DNA of 64,000 nt. Origin: Candidatus Micrarchaeota archaeon. Its GTDB lineage: Archaea > Micrarchaeota > Micrarchaeia > Anstonellales > Bilamarchaeaceae. The position numbers and the translations under genes are program-made. Where the stretch lies: assembly GCA_018812715.1 (NCBI GenBank), contig JAHJCT010000030.1, forward strand, positions 23,318 to 87,317. Reading direction: 5' to 3'. The notes below the pieces were generated by a model. That model had not been told where the DNA came from. It did no database searches and saw only the letters and a list, made by a program, of their open reading frames with translations. The first letter of the stretch is position 1; every line of letters starts with the position of its first letter. Below, one piece after another: positions 27,778-37,237 of this stretch.

Positions 27778-28920
27778 CTAACCAATGATATCTAAATCAA
27801 GTGCATCTGCATCAGTAGCTGTTTGCATTGTTAATTCTTGTTTAGCGAATTTAACACCAGCAAGTACAACCAATACGCGCATTGATGATTTTTTTATTTG
27901 ACTATCAACTCTGGCTCCCCAGATTATATGGGAATCCTGACTAATGCGAGCAGATGTTTCTGCAACAACAAATTCTGCTTCTTTTAGACTCATGTCTTCT
28001 CCACCAATAACATTGATAAGAGCACGTTTAGAAGCGCTTATATCCGCATCAAGAAGCGGTGAATTTAATGCTGTTTCTACTGCTACACGAACGCGATCCT
28101 CTTTCTTTGCATCTAATGAAGCTTCACCGAGTCCTATAACAGCAAATCCACCATCTGTAAGTATAGTTCTAAGATCTGCAAAATCAACATTGACTAACCC
28201 GGCCTTTGTTACAAGTTCTGCAATCCCTTTCACTGAACCTGCAAGAACTTCATCACAGACTTTAAATGCTGTATTTAGAGGTAGATCAGGAACAAGGTTC
28301 AGAAGTTTATCGTTTTTTATTACTATAATAGTATCAGTATGCTTTTTGAGTTTCTCAAGGCCAGTAATAGCATTGCCCATTCTTACTCTTCCTTCTGATG
28401 TAAATGGTAATGTTACTACAGCAACAGTTAAAGCACCAAGGCTTTTTGCAGTTTCTGCTATGATTGGAGCACTACCAGTGCCAGTGCCACCACCAAGACC
28501 ACAGGTTATGAAAACTAAGGATGGGTTAGTGATTGCCCCTTGGATATCTTCAGCTGATTCTTTTGCTGATTCTTCGCCGACGAGAGGATTGCTGCCTGCC
28601 CCACGGCCTTTGCTTGTTTTCTTACCAAGAAGAACTTTTCTGTTAGCGTGAACATGTAATAAATGTCTTGCATCAGTATTCATTCCCACTAGAGTTACGC
28701 CTTCTACACCCATTTGAAAGAGCCTATCAAGTGTGTTGCCCCCACTACCGCCAGCCCCTACAATATAGATATTAGGACGGCTTTCTTCTATAAATTTTAA
28801 GATCTCTTCATCATCTTGGGATTTTGGGGCTATGTCTTGTAGAATTTTCTTTTCCGTTCGTTCTTGTGTTACTCTTTCTTCTGCTGGTTCATGAGTTTGA
28901 ACCGGTATCTCGCCATCCAC
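27778..28920 (-). CDS. ftsZ: Cell division GTPase FtsZ
   Basis: GAGGSGGN and tubulin signature GGGTGTGSAP; GTG start. Confidence 0.95.
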   Translation of the reverse strand: MDGEIPVQTHEPAEERVTQERTEKKILQDIAPKSQDDEEILKFIEESRPNIYIVGAGGSGGNTLDRLFQMGVEGVTLVGMNTDARHLLHVHANRKVLLGKKTSKGRGAGSNPLVGEESAKESAEDIQGAITNPSLVFITCGLGGGTGTGSAPIIAETAKSLGALTVAVVTLPFTSEGRVRMGNAITGLEKLKKHTDTIIVIKNDKLLNLVPDLPLNTAFKVCDEVLAGSVKGIAELVTKAGLVNVDFADLRTILTDGGFAVIGLGEASLDAKKEDRVRVAVETALNSPLLDADISASKRALINVIGGEDMSLKEAEFVVAETSARISQDSHIIWGARVDSQIKKSSMRVLVVLAGVKFAKQELTMQTATDADALDLDIIG

Positions 28921-28991
28921 ATAACCACCTTATAATTTATAAGAATTTGATAAGATAAAATTGAATCAAAACATATATAATAGGTGAGGAC

Positions 28992-29582
28992 TTATTGAGA
29001 GGTCCAAGGATCCATATAGATATCAGTAGCTTTATTCTTAAGATACCATGCATAACCAAGACCAAACACTAAACCACCTAAATGAGCTGCACTTGCTATA
29101 CCAGAGCTTATATCAAATGTCCCAAGAAGTTCAATGACTAACCAGAATAAAGCTGCCTGTCGCATCGTCATTGGAATGAACCAGATAAAAATCCTCATAT
29201 TAGGAAGAAGCATGGCTACAGCACCAAGAATGCCAAAAATAGCTCCGCTTGCACCTAGAGCAGGGATTGGCGGGATTATGCCAAAGAGATAGGTTGCATA
29301 ATACAAAAATCCTCCAATAAGGCCAGCACCAAAGAAGATAATTAGATAGTCTTTTTTGCTTATTTTTCTTTCAAGGATACTGCCAAATAGGAAAAGGGCA
29401 TAACCATTGAAGAACAAATGCATAAGACTGCCGTGAAGAAACATGCTGGATATGAATCTCCATGGCTCTGAAATTGCAAGAAGTGGATGGAAGATGAATA
29501 ATTCTGTAACACTGTTTGAAAGTAATTGTGAAATGAAAACTATTCCAATGAACATAAGGAGAGAAGTGGACAGATTAGCCAT
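28992..29582 (-). CDS. Rhomboid family intramembrane serine protease
   Basis: HGSLMHLFFN, GASGAIFG (catalytic Ser) and AHLGG (catalytic His) in a 6-TM protein. Confidence 0.85.
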   Translation of the reverse strand: MANLSTSLLMFIGIVFISQLLSNSVTELFIFHPLLAISEPWRFISSMFLHGSLMHLFFNGYALFLFGSILERKISKKDYLIIFFGAGLIGGFLYYATYLFGIIPPIPALGASGAIFGILGAVAMLLPNMRIFIWFIPMTMRQAALFWLVIELLGTFDISSGIASAAHLGGLVFGLGYAWYLKNKATDIYMDPWTSQ

Positions 29583-29602
29583 AGTTATACCTCAACAAGA
29601 AT

Positions 29603-30403
29603 TCATTTAAACCTGAATGCAATGATAGCAAGATCATCCTCTTTTGGGACATACATGCGATCATCTAATTGCACCTTTCCATTTTTGATTCTTTTTTTGA
29701 TTTCTTTTACTAGTTTTTCAACTATTAATTTGGGTTTTTTTGTTTTGCCGATTATGTTTTTTAGATCTTCTGTGCCCGAACAATCAGTGAGATACCCCTC
29801 ACGTATTTTAACATAAAGATTATCATTAAGACAATCAGTTGCCAAGATAAGCAAATCGCCTTTTTTGAGTTTTCCTTCCCTTGTATGTATATGTATATCT
29901 GAACCCAATGGACCAAGCACAGAAGTAACAATGTTTCTAAAATAAAAATACTTGAATATGGAGTGTTGATCTTCCACAATTCTACCTAATGGAAGTTCGA
30001 GAACTACGTTGTCATTTATCCCATAAATAGGTGAATCCCCCACGCCAGCAACTATTGTAGAACCATCTTTTGAGATAAAACAGATTGTTGCTGTAGTATA
30101 TCCATGTTTTATTTTTTTATTCACATCGGAAAATGCTTTTTGAATAAGCTTTTCATCAGCCTTATCATATTTTTTGAGATAGGTGAGGAGAGTAGATGCT
30201 GCAAGAGATGACGCTGAGGCAGCACCAGGTTCTCCGCTTACACCATCGAAGACCCCTAGAATGGCTTTTTTATCATCCATATAAACAAATGCTGAATCTC
30301 CGCATTCTTCATGTCCTCTTTGTACTAAACAAAAACATTCGCCAATCTTTGTGTTAGAAGCAAAAGTTGCAGTGTTTTTGACCTTTGTTCCAAGTATCAG
30401 CAT
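29603..30403 (-). CDS. PP2C-like serine/threonine phosphatase
   Basis: GVFDGVSG, VAGVGDSPIY and LILATDCLNDNL motifs resemble PP2C/SpoIIE metal-binding motifs. Confidence 0.6.
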   Translation of the reverse strand: MLILGTKVKNTATFASNTKIGECFCLVQRGHEECGDSAFVYMDDKKAILGVFDGVSGEPGAASASSLAASTLLTYLKKYDKADEKLIQKAFSDVNKKIKHGYTTATICFISKDGSTIVAGVGDSPIYGINDNVVLELPLGRIVEDQHSIFKYFYFRNIVTSVLGPLGSDIHIHTREGKLKKGDLLILATDCLNDNLYVKIREGYLTDCSGTEDLKNIIGKTKKPKLIVEKLVKEIKKRIKNGKVQLDDRMYVPKEDDLAIIAFRFK

Positions 30404-31482
30404 TCCATGGCCTCCAGAATTTTATCATATGGAGCATTTGTTTTTATAGAAATATTAGAAAAGTGTGTTCTAGTTGCCTTGAAATCTTTTTGTAATCTGG
30501 AGATTATTGTATCAATTTTAGGTATTTGGCCACGTCTCAGGAATTTTGAAAGCACATGGATATTATAGTAATAAGGAGGCATGCCAACCTCGTTTTCCAT
30601 TAAAGAGAGCATATGGGAGATCTCATCTTTCTCAGAATAATTTCTTTTGGAATTTAGAGTTTTCATGGTTTTTAGGAAAGATGGATTGTGAAGCTCTCCA
30701 AGCCACAATGGCCCTGCAAAATCTGTTTCTTTGTTGCATTTGGTACAGGGTTGGGGAAATTGTGAAAATCCACGAAAACCGCATGTATTACAATAATAAA
30801 CATGGCCGAGTTCTTTCATACTCTTATGGACCAAATCTGCGCTTCTGCTCACTTTTAGAATAGTTTTCAGATAGTGTTTATCAGAAAATGAGATTAATGG
30901 TTCTATTCCCATGTTGAATTCTGCTGCAACTTCTGCTATTCTTTTGATCAAGATGCGTAAACCAGTTTCATGTGTAAATTCATTGTTCAATGGTTTTGCA
31001 TGGTAGTTCTTCAGGCATGGGGCCATTCTTGCTCCGCAAAGCACAGCCACATCTGTTGCAGTAATGGAAAGATAGGCAGTTTTTTTAGGATTGAAAAATC
31101 TGAATGCATCAACTAAATAAGGACTGGGAGTACCAAACGGATCAATCTCAAGGAAATCGGCTGTTAATTCAAAGGCAAGTTTTGAGATATTCCCATATTT
31201 TGCATCAAATTTGAGATTGTTGGTTTTTGCATTCTTTTTGGCTGCTGTAATAGCTGTTTTTTCAATGTCCAGAAAAGTTATGTGGGTTACATTTTTGTTT
31301 TCTTTCACATATCTAATGCCTCGTATGCCGGTTGCACAGAAGGCATCTACTAGTTCAAGATCTTGTTTTACTGCTCCAACTGCCAAAGAAGAGATGCTTC
31401 TGCATAATGTCATCTGCGGATTATAGAAAACATTTTTTGGAACTGTAAATGTTATTTCTTCTTCCAGTGAATCACCAAGCAT
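30397..31482 (-). CDS. trm1: tRNA (guanine26-N2)-dimethyltransferase Trm1
   Basis: FYNPQMTLCRS and DAFCATGIRGIRY motifs; Cys-cluster CNTCG...CTKC. Confidence 0.85.
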   Translation of the reverse strand: MLGDSLEEEITFTVPKNVFYNPQMTLCRSISSLAVGAVKQDLELVDAFCATGIRGIRYVKENKNVTHITFLDIEKTAITAAKKNAKTNNLKFDAKYGNISKLAFELTADFLEIDPFGTPSPYLVDAFRFFNPKKTAYLSITATDVAVLCGARMAPCLKNYHAKPLNNEFTHETGLRILIKRIAEVAAEFNMGIEPLISFSDKHYLKTILKVSRSADLVHKSMKELGHVYYCNTCGFRGFSQFPQPCTKCNKETDFAGPLWLGELHNPSFLKTMKTLNSKRNYSEKDEISHMLSLMENEVGMPPYYYNIHVLSKFLRRGQIPKIDTIISRLQKDFKATRTHFSNISIKTNAPYDKILEAMEC

Positions 31483-32476
31483 CTATTTTTGATATATATC
31501 TCATTTTTTCTTCTTTGGATAAGAAAGAAGCATTGAATGAATTTTTAGCTAATTTGATTATGTCATCTCTGTTTAATGTTAGGGCATGTGAAATAGCCAA
31601 GTAATTTTCATTTAAGTAACCTCCAAAATAGGCTGGATCATCAGAATTAATTGTCACAAATAACCCTTTTTCCATCATTAGTTTCAATGGATGTTTTTTG
31701 AGATCTTTTACGACTGCCAATTTCAGATTAGATAACGGACAAACTGTAAGGGGCATCTTTCTTTTGACTAATTCATTAACCAAATTTTCATCATCCAAAG
31801 CATGATTGCCGTGATCTATGCGTGAGACATGTAACAGACCAAGAGCTTCCCGGATATAACTTGCCGGCCCTTCCTCACCAGCGTGGGCTACAGTCAAAAA
31901 TCCTTCTTTTCTTGCTTTGTCAAAAACATGCTTAAATTTGGATGGGGGATTGCCAACTTCAGAAGAATCCAAACCAACAGCGATTATCTTATCTTTATAT
32001 GGTAAAGCTTCTTCTAAAGTTTTCATTGCTGAATCAGCATCAAGATGCCTAAGAAAACACATGATTAACTTTGTTGAAATCTTGGAATCTTCAAGCGCAT
32101 TATAAATTCCATTGATAACTGTCTTGAATTTGATACCGCGTTCAGTATGTGTTTGAGGATCAAAAAATATCTCAGTGTGTAAGATGTTTTGTTGTTGTGC
32201 TTTTTCAAGATAGGCAGTTGTTAAATCATAAAAATCCTTTTCCTTGATTAGAACCTTTGCACCCTCATAATAAAGATCTAAAAAATCCTGCAGATTGCTA
32301 AAATTGTAGGCTGCTTTCAGTTCTTCTATTGAGTTATACTTTAGCTCAATTGAATTGCGTTGCGCAATTTTGAACATTAAATCCGGCTCAAAAGTACCTT
32401 CAATATGTAAATGTAGTTCTGATTTTGGTATTCCAGTTATGAATTGATCTAAATCATTTTTCATCAAGAAATTCAC
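31472..32476 (-). CDS. add: Adenosine/adenine deaminase family protein
   Basis: PKSELHLHIEGT metal-binding motif, HAGE and SINSDDPAYFG-like (TINSDDPAYFG) motif. Confidence 0.88.
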   Translation of the reverse strand: MNFLMKNDLDQFITGIPKSELHLHIEGTFEPDLMFKIAQRNSIELKYNSIEELKAAYNFSNLQDFLDLYYEGAKVLIKEKDFYDLTTAYLEKAQQQNILHTEIFFDPQTHTERGIKFKTVINGIYNALEDSKISTKLIMCFLRHLDADSAMKTLEEALPYKDKIIAVGLDSSEVGNPPSKFKHVFDKARKEGFLTVAHAGEEGPASYIREALGLLHVSRIDHGNHALDDENLVNELVKRKMPLTVCPLSNLKLAVVKDLKKHPLKLMMEKGLFVTINSDDPAYFGGYLNENYLAISHALTLNRDDIIKLAKNSFNASFLSKEEKMRYISKIDAW

Positions 32477-33653
32477 CCATTAACACAGTTGCATAAGAAC
32501 CTGCAGGAAGTGTAAACCTGAATGTATTTGAATTGAAATTAAAATCTTTTATAGGGGCCAGTAATGTGCGGTAAGTACCTTTTGAGGCAATTTCAGGCAT
32601 TTCATTCATTCTAAAATCATCTTTTTCTATGCCTAATTCTTCAAGAAGTGTTTTTTCTTGCTCATTTAGCGGGGTTTCATAGCCTATGAGTTTTCCTACA
32701 ACCCAGCCAGAATCCTGGAACTTTTTTATATCTGGAAAGCCATTTTTTTCTCCACAATAATATTCTCCTTTTGCTGGTTCTAGTGAATTATTCTCAATAC
32801 GATTTGAAAGAAGCTGATTGAAAATATGTGATTGAAGGGCATGGATGAACATCAATAGGATTGGCCTTGGAAGCCTTTTGAGTGCTTCTACATAATTTTC
32901 CTGAGATTCCATAAGATAAGAAATAAGTTTTCTTTCAAGTTGAAGGTGTTTTGGAAAATCGATCAAAGCTTGTTTGTAATTTTTTGTTTGCTTTAGAGCA
33001 TTTCTTGCCGCTTGTGCTTGGGGATTTTGTTCTTTATCTGAATCACAAAGAAATATTTCTACTGCTTCATCAAATTTCCCTTGAAGCATTTTCAAACCAA
33101 TTAAGTGTGTATTTCTTCTTGTTGAACCAAATCTTTGTTCTCCAAAGTAATTTGGGAATCTGCCATCCAATTCGGATGAGATTTGTTTTACTTTTTCCAC
33201 GTTTTCTGCTCCTTCTACTCTTATTGTGAAACGATTGCCTAGAAGCTGTCCAAGCCTCACTTTATCCTTTGCATACCATGCTCCGTTTATCTGCATGTCT
33301 TTGATTTTCAGATCCAACACTCTTTCTTTAGGAATATCAAAAACAGAAACGCGTTGAGTGGAAACTGCTGTTTTATCTTTTGTCCCTGCAAAACTAATTC
33401 TTTTTTGTCCTATTGCAAGCCTTTTTGCAATTTCATAAAGCGCTGAAGAAGTAGACCAATCTTTTTTTTGGAGAATAAAATGTGTAAACTTGCCCTCTTC
33501 ATCTTTGATAGAGCATTGTTTATCTATTTCAAGAAGAGTTCCGTCTGGCATTATCTCCTCTACCAGGAAATCTTCAGGTTTTGATTTTATAGTGCCTCCA
33601 ATCCCAGGAGTCTTAGAAAGATAATTCATTATTAGTAATATTGCCGGAAACAT
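32454..33653 (-). CDS. truD: tRNA pseudouridine synthase TruD (Pus7-like)
   Basis: GIGGTIKSKPEDFLVEE and FAGTKDKTAVSTQ (catalytic Asp) motifs. Confidence 0.88.
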   Translation of the reverse strand: MFPAILLIMNYLSKTPGIGGTIKSKPEDFLVEEIMPDGTLLEIDKQCSIKDEEGKFTHFILQKKDWSTSSALYEIAKRLAIGQKRISFAGTKDKTAVSTQRVSVFDIPKERVLDLKIKDMQINGAWYAKDKVRLGQLLGNRFTIRVEGAENVEKVKQISSELDGRFPNYFGEQRFGSTRRNTHLIGLKMLQGKFDEAVEIFLCDSDKEQNPQAQAARNALKQTKNYKQALIDFPKHLQLERKLISYLMESQENYVEALKRLPRPILLMFIHALQSHIFNQLLSNRIENNSLEPAKGEYYCGEKNGFPDIKKFQDSGWVVGKLIGYETPLNEQEKTLLEELGIEKDDFRMNEMPEIASKGTYRTLLAPIKDFNFNSNTFRFTLPAGSYATVLMGEFLDEK

Positions 33654-33737
33654 TTTAAGAGTGCAGAATATGTTAGTAAAAATGTAAAAAAGAGTTCTTT
33701 ATAAAGATTTCTCAATAAGAATGTTTGGAGGGGTTAG

Positions 33738-34301
33738 ATGACTGTTAAAAAAACAATACAAAGAGAAGCAACAAAACCGAGTTTAAAATCATTGGAACCA
33801 AAACTTGATGTTGATTTTCATAAGCAGAGAGTTGAGGCAATTTTAAGAAGGCATGAAAGCCTAGATTCTGCAAGAGAATTGCTGGGTTATGATATTGTAG
33901 CTGCAACATCTGATGGAGTGAAAAGAGTTAGAATTAGTAAAACACGCTCATTCAATGGTATTAGCGGGAGAACAACAAACAGAGAAGGAATAGAGCAGGA
34001 TGCTGGAATGATTTATATTATGAAATTCAGATCGACAAAATTCCTTAATATTACGACTGGAAGAGCTGGAAATCCAACATGTGTATGGATAGAAGAAGCA
34101 ATTGATGTTGATACTGGTGAGAAATTAAAAAGCAACAAATTATTGAGACATTTGGAGCTAGAAGGATCTGATCGACAGCCAATTTTTTCTGACAGAACGG
34201 CTATTGTTGCTGGTGAGACCCCAAGTAAGATTGAACGGCTTAATCCTGCCAAGAATGGTGCTTCAGAAAATACTACTGGCGTATTCCAAGCGCACTTCTG
34301 A
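33738..34301 (+). CDS. Hypothetical protein (187 aa), same strand and immediately upstream of the repeat island
   Basis: ORF only; no recognised motif. Confidence 0.45.
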   Translation: MTVKKTIQREATKPSLKSLEPKLDVDFHKQRVEAILRRHESLDSARELLGYDIVAATSDGVKRVRISKTRSFNGISGRTTNREGIEQDAGMIYIMKFRSTKFLNITTGRAGNPTCVWIEEAIDVDTGEKLKSNKLLRHLELEGSDRQPIFSDRTAIVAGETPSKIERLNPAKNGASENTTGVFQAHF

Positions 34302-34331
34302 CTTATGAGCGACTGTGCCCCTTTGGAAGGG

Positions 34332-34338
34332 TTTTTAA
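34332..34338 (+). promoter_or_regulatory. TATA-like box (TTTTTAA) for repeat-island unit 1
   Basis: Lies 25-31 nt upstream of ATG 34363 (leaderless-type spacing). The 33 nt before the ATG align position-for-position with those before ATG 37238. Confidence 0.5.
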
Positions 34339-34362
34339 GTGTTTATAGGTATATATTTGTGT

Positions 34363-35202
34363 ATGGCTAGAGGTAAACAGGTAGAATTATTGCCACCAGG
34401 AAGAGAGAGCCCTAGAACTTCAAGGAGAGAACCACTAGCTGAAGCGATTCAAAAAAGACCGCATGGATTTTTCACAAAGATGAGTGATAAAGAACTCGTT
34501 GGATATGCAAAGAGAATCATTGAAGAAAAAAAGATAAGTGGAAGGAAGGAATTACAGGAAGTTGATGGAAGTTTGTATAATGTTTTGTTGAAGAGAAATT
34601 TGCTAGATACATTTGGATTTGGAAGAAAAAAAGAGGGCAGGAATTGGAAAGCAATGACTGATGAAGAGATTGTTAGATATGCAAAGACGTTTATGAGGGA
34701 AAGAGAGATAACTGGAAGAGCTGAGGTGTACCGGGCAGATAAAGCATTGTATGAAGTTTTGAGAAGAAGAAAATTGCTGGATGAAGTAGGGTTTGAAGAA
34801 AAACAACGTGATTGGAGTTCAATGAGTGATGAGGAGATTGTTAGATATGTAAGGAAGTTTATTGAAGAAAGTGGAATAACCCGACCGAGAGAACTGCAAG
34901 ATACTAATTCTTGGTTATATGGAGTTTTGTGGAGAAGAGGGTTACTAAGAAGTATTAATTTCGATAGAAAAAGAGTTGATTGGAGTTCAATGAGTGATGA
35001 GGAGATTATTGATCATGCTAGGATGGTTATAAGAGAAAGGGAGATAACTGGGAGAGCACAATTATCAAAAGAGATTAGTGGATTGTACCACGCTTTGAAT
35101 AAAAGAAAATTGTTAGACCAAGTCTTTGCTGACATAGAACAATCAAGAAGAAAAGAAGCAATCCTGCAGGTTGTTGAGGCAATGGAGGAATTTGCATGCT
35201 AG
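34363..35202 (+). CDS. 56-aa-repeat protein A1 (4 repeats)
   Basis: Starts MARGKQVE (tracked GTG at 34339 is probably too early). Has 4 copies of W-x2-M-[ST]-DEE-[IL]-V-x-Y-A..F..E.GI.GR.EL...D.GLY.VL.RR.LLD.VGFE. Tail is IEQSRRKEAILQVVEAMEEFAC. Confidence 0.8.
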   Translation: MARGKQVELLPPGRESPRTSRREPLAEAIQKRPHGFFTKMSDKELVGYAKRIIEEKKISGRKELQEVDGSLYNVLLKRNLLDTFGFGRKKEGRNWKAMTDEEIVRYAKTFMREREITGRAEVYRADKALYEVLRRRKLLDEVGFEEKQRDWSSMSDEEIVRYVRKFIEESGITRPRELQDTNSWLYGVLWRRGLLRSINFDRKRVDWSSMSDEEIIDHARMVIREREITGRAQLSKEISGLYHALNKRKLLDQVFADIEQSRRKEAILQVVEAMEEFAC

Positions 35203-36194
35203 CTTCAAAGCAGAGAATACTTTGGACTATTCCTAAAGATCCAAAGTTTAGCTGGATTCTTCCTTTAGATAGTGCAAACAGAAGATCTTGGAGTGTAATG
35301 AGAGATCATGAACTAGTAAAATTTGCAAGGAAGTTTATGGAAGAGGAAGGGATAAACGGGAGGCATGAATTGGAGAAAGCTGATAAAGGTGTATATGGCA
35401 TTTTGTGGAAAAGGAAACTACTTGGTGAGATTGGATTTGAGAATAACCAACGAGATTGGAATTCTATGAATGATGAAGAGATTGTTGAATATACTGAAGA
35501 GTTTATGAGAGAGGGCATAAGAGAACGGGAAGAATTACGAAAAGCGGATGAAGGACTGTATGCTGCTCTATTTAGAAGGAAATTATTGGACAAGGTGGGA
35601 TTTGAGGAGAAAAGAGAAGAACGTGGTTGGACTTCAATGAGTGATGAAGAAATTGTTGGGTATGCTAAGAAGTTTATGGAAGAAAATGGAATAAGCAGAA
35701 GAGGAAAACTGCAGAAGGCTGATGGGGGGTTGTATAGAATTTTGAGAAAAAGAAGATTGCTTGATGAAATAAGATTTGAAGAGAGAAGACGGGATTGGAA
35801 AGCAATGAGTGATGAGAAACTTATTGGATATGCTAAGGGATTTATTGAAAAAGAAGAGATTGGCGGGACAAGAGAATTGATGAATGCTGATAAAGGATTA
35901 TACAGTGTTTTGAGGAGAAGGAAATTGTTGGATAAGGTGGGATTTGAAACAAAGAAAAGAGAGATGCGTAACTGGAAGGCAATGACTGATGATGAGATTA
36001 TTAAATATGCTAGAAAGACCATGGAAGAAGAAGGAATAAGTGGACGGGAAGAATTGAGGAAGGTTGATAGTGGATTGTGTAGTGTTTTGAGGAGAAGAAA
36101 ACTTCTAGATCGAGTTTTTTCTTCTATAGATCAATCAAGAAGAAGAGAAGCAATCTTGCAGGTTGTTGAAGCAATGGAGGAATTTGCATGTTAG
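35196..36194 (+). CDS. 56-aa-repeat protein A2 (5 repeats)
   Basis: ATG embedded in GCATGCTAG of the upstream stop; GGAGG 7 nt upstream. Leader MLASKQRILWTIPKDPKFSW, 5 repeats, conserved ...EEFAC tail. Confidence 0.85.
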   Translation: MLASKQRILWTIPKDPKFSWILPLDSANRRSWSVMRDHELVKFARKFMEEEGINGRHELEKADKGVYGILWKRKLLGEIGFENNQRDWNSMNDEEIVEYTEEFMREGIREREELRKADEGLYAALFRRKLLDKVGFEEKREERGWTSMSDEEIVGYAKKFMEENGISRRGKLQKADGGLYRILRKRRLLDEIRFEERRRDWKAMSDEKLIGYAKGFIEKEEIGGTRELMNADKGLYSVLRRRKLLDKVGFETKKREMRNWKAMTDDEIIKYARKTMEEEGISGREELRKVDSGLCSVLRRRKLLDRVFSSIDQSRRREAILQVVEAMEEFAC

Positions 36195-37192
36195 CTTCAA
36201 GACAGCAATTTATTTGGACTATTCCTAAAGATCCAAAGTTTAGTTGGATTGTTCCCTTAACTTCTAGCAATAATAGAGCCTGGAGGGTGATGAGTGATGA
36301 TGAGTTAGTGAAATATGCTAGAAAGTTTATAGAAGAGGAAGGGATAAAAAGAGTTGGAGAATTAAGAAGAGTCGATAAAGGATTGTATCTGATTTTGAGA
36401 AGGAGAGGGTTGATAAATGAAATCAAGTTTGAAGAGAAAATGCAGAAGAAACGTAATTGGAATTCTATGAGTGATGAAGAATTGGTTGAATATACTAAGA
36501 AGTTTGTGGAAGAGAGAAGGATAAGTGGGAGATATGAATTGGAGAAGACAGATAAAGGATTGTATCAGGTTTTAATGAAAAGAGGATTGTTGGATGAAAT
36601 AGAACTTGAGAATAAAAACCATGGAAAACGTAATTGGAAAGCAATGACTAATGATGAAGTTGTTGAACATACTAAGAAGTTTGTGGAAGAGAAGAAGATG
36701 AGTGGGAGATTTGAATTGGAGAAGGCAGATACTGGATTGTATGATGTGTTGAGAAAAAGAGGACTATTGGATGAAGTTGGATTTGAAGAAAAATATCGTG
36801 ATTGGGCTTCTATGAGTGATGAAGAGATTGTTGGATATGTAAGGAAGTTGATGGAAGAAAAAGGGATAAATGGAAGGAGAGAATTGAATAAAGCTGATTC
36901 TGGATTGTATTCTATTTTGAAGAGGAGAAAGTTATTGAATGATATAGGGTTTGAAGAGAAACAACGTAATTGGGCTTCTATGAGCAATGATGAGATTGTT
37001 GAATATGCTAAAGGATTTATGAGGGAGGAGAGAATAAAAAAGCGAAGAAAATTACGAAATGCGAACAATGGATTGTATAGTGCTTTGTGGAGAAGAAAAC
37101 TTCTAGATCGAGTTTTTTCTTCTATAGATCAATCAAGAAGAAGAGAAGCAATCTTGCAGGTTGTTGAGGCAATGGAGGAATTCTCAAATTAA
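36188..37192 (+). CDS. 56-aa-repeat protein A3 (5 repeats)
   Basis: Same junction architecture (GCATGTTAG); leader MLASRQQFIW; 5 repeats; tail variant ...EEFSN ends unit 1. Confidence 0.85.
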   Translation: MLASRQQFIWTIPKDPKFSWIVPLTSSNNRAWRVMSDDELVKYARKFIEEEGIKRVGELRRVDKGLYLILRRRGLINEIKFEEKMQKKRNWNSMSDEELVEYTKKFVEERRISGRYELEKTDKGLYQVLMKRGLLDEIELENKNHGKRNWKAMTNDEVVEHTKKFVEEKKMSGRFELEKADTGLYDVLRKRGLLDEVGFEEKYRDWASMSDEEIVGYVRKLMEEKGINGRRELNKADSGLYSILKRRKLLNDIGFEEKQRNWASMSNDEIVEYAKGFMREERIKKRRKLRNANNGLYSALWRRKLLDRVFSSIDQSRRREAILQVVEAMEEFSN

Positions 37193-37206
37193 CACTAAAA
37201 GTAACC

Positions 37207-37213
37207 TTTATAA
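37207..37213 (+). promoter_or_regulatory. TATA-like box (TTTATAA) for repeat-island unit 2
   Basis: Same distance from ATG 37238 as the unit-1 box; shared taagtgtttat...tgtATGGCTAGAGGTAAACAGGTAGAA. Confidence 0.5.
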
Positions 37214-37237
37214 GTGTTTATTTATATATAAATATGT

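Larger units (their letters stand above)
34468..37192 (+). repeat. Coding tandem repeat, about 168-nt period (14 units across A1-A3)
   Basis: Recurrent tgg..atgagtgatgaagagattgtt...ggattgtat...ttgttggatgaa blocks every 168-177 nt. Confidence 0.9.

Noticed and set aside
35175-35202. Programmed -1 ribosomal frameshifting that would fuse the repeat genes into one giant protein, prompted by every junction shifting by -1
   Set aside because: There is no X XXY YYZ slippery heptamer in GAG GAA TTT GCA TGC TAG. The -1 frame is closed by a TGA only 21 nt upstream of the ATG. A perfect GGAGG-N7-ATG favours termination-reinitiation. This still deserves an experimental check.
35306-37068. Long antisense ORFs across the repeat genes (35306..36022, 238 aa; 36565..37068, 167 aa; also 36124..36426, 43922..44128, 44267..44527)
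   Set aside because: They mirror the sense-strand GAA/AAG/AGA-rich repeats, so the antisense strand is TTC/CTT/TCT with few stops. They give low-complexity S/L/F/N peptides. The sense frames have starts, SD sites and a coherent repeat architecture.
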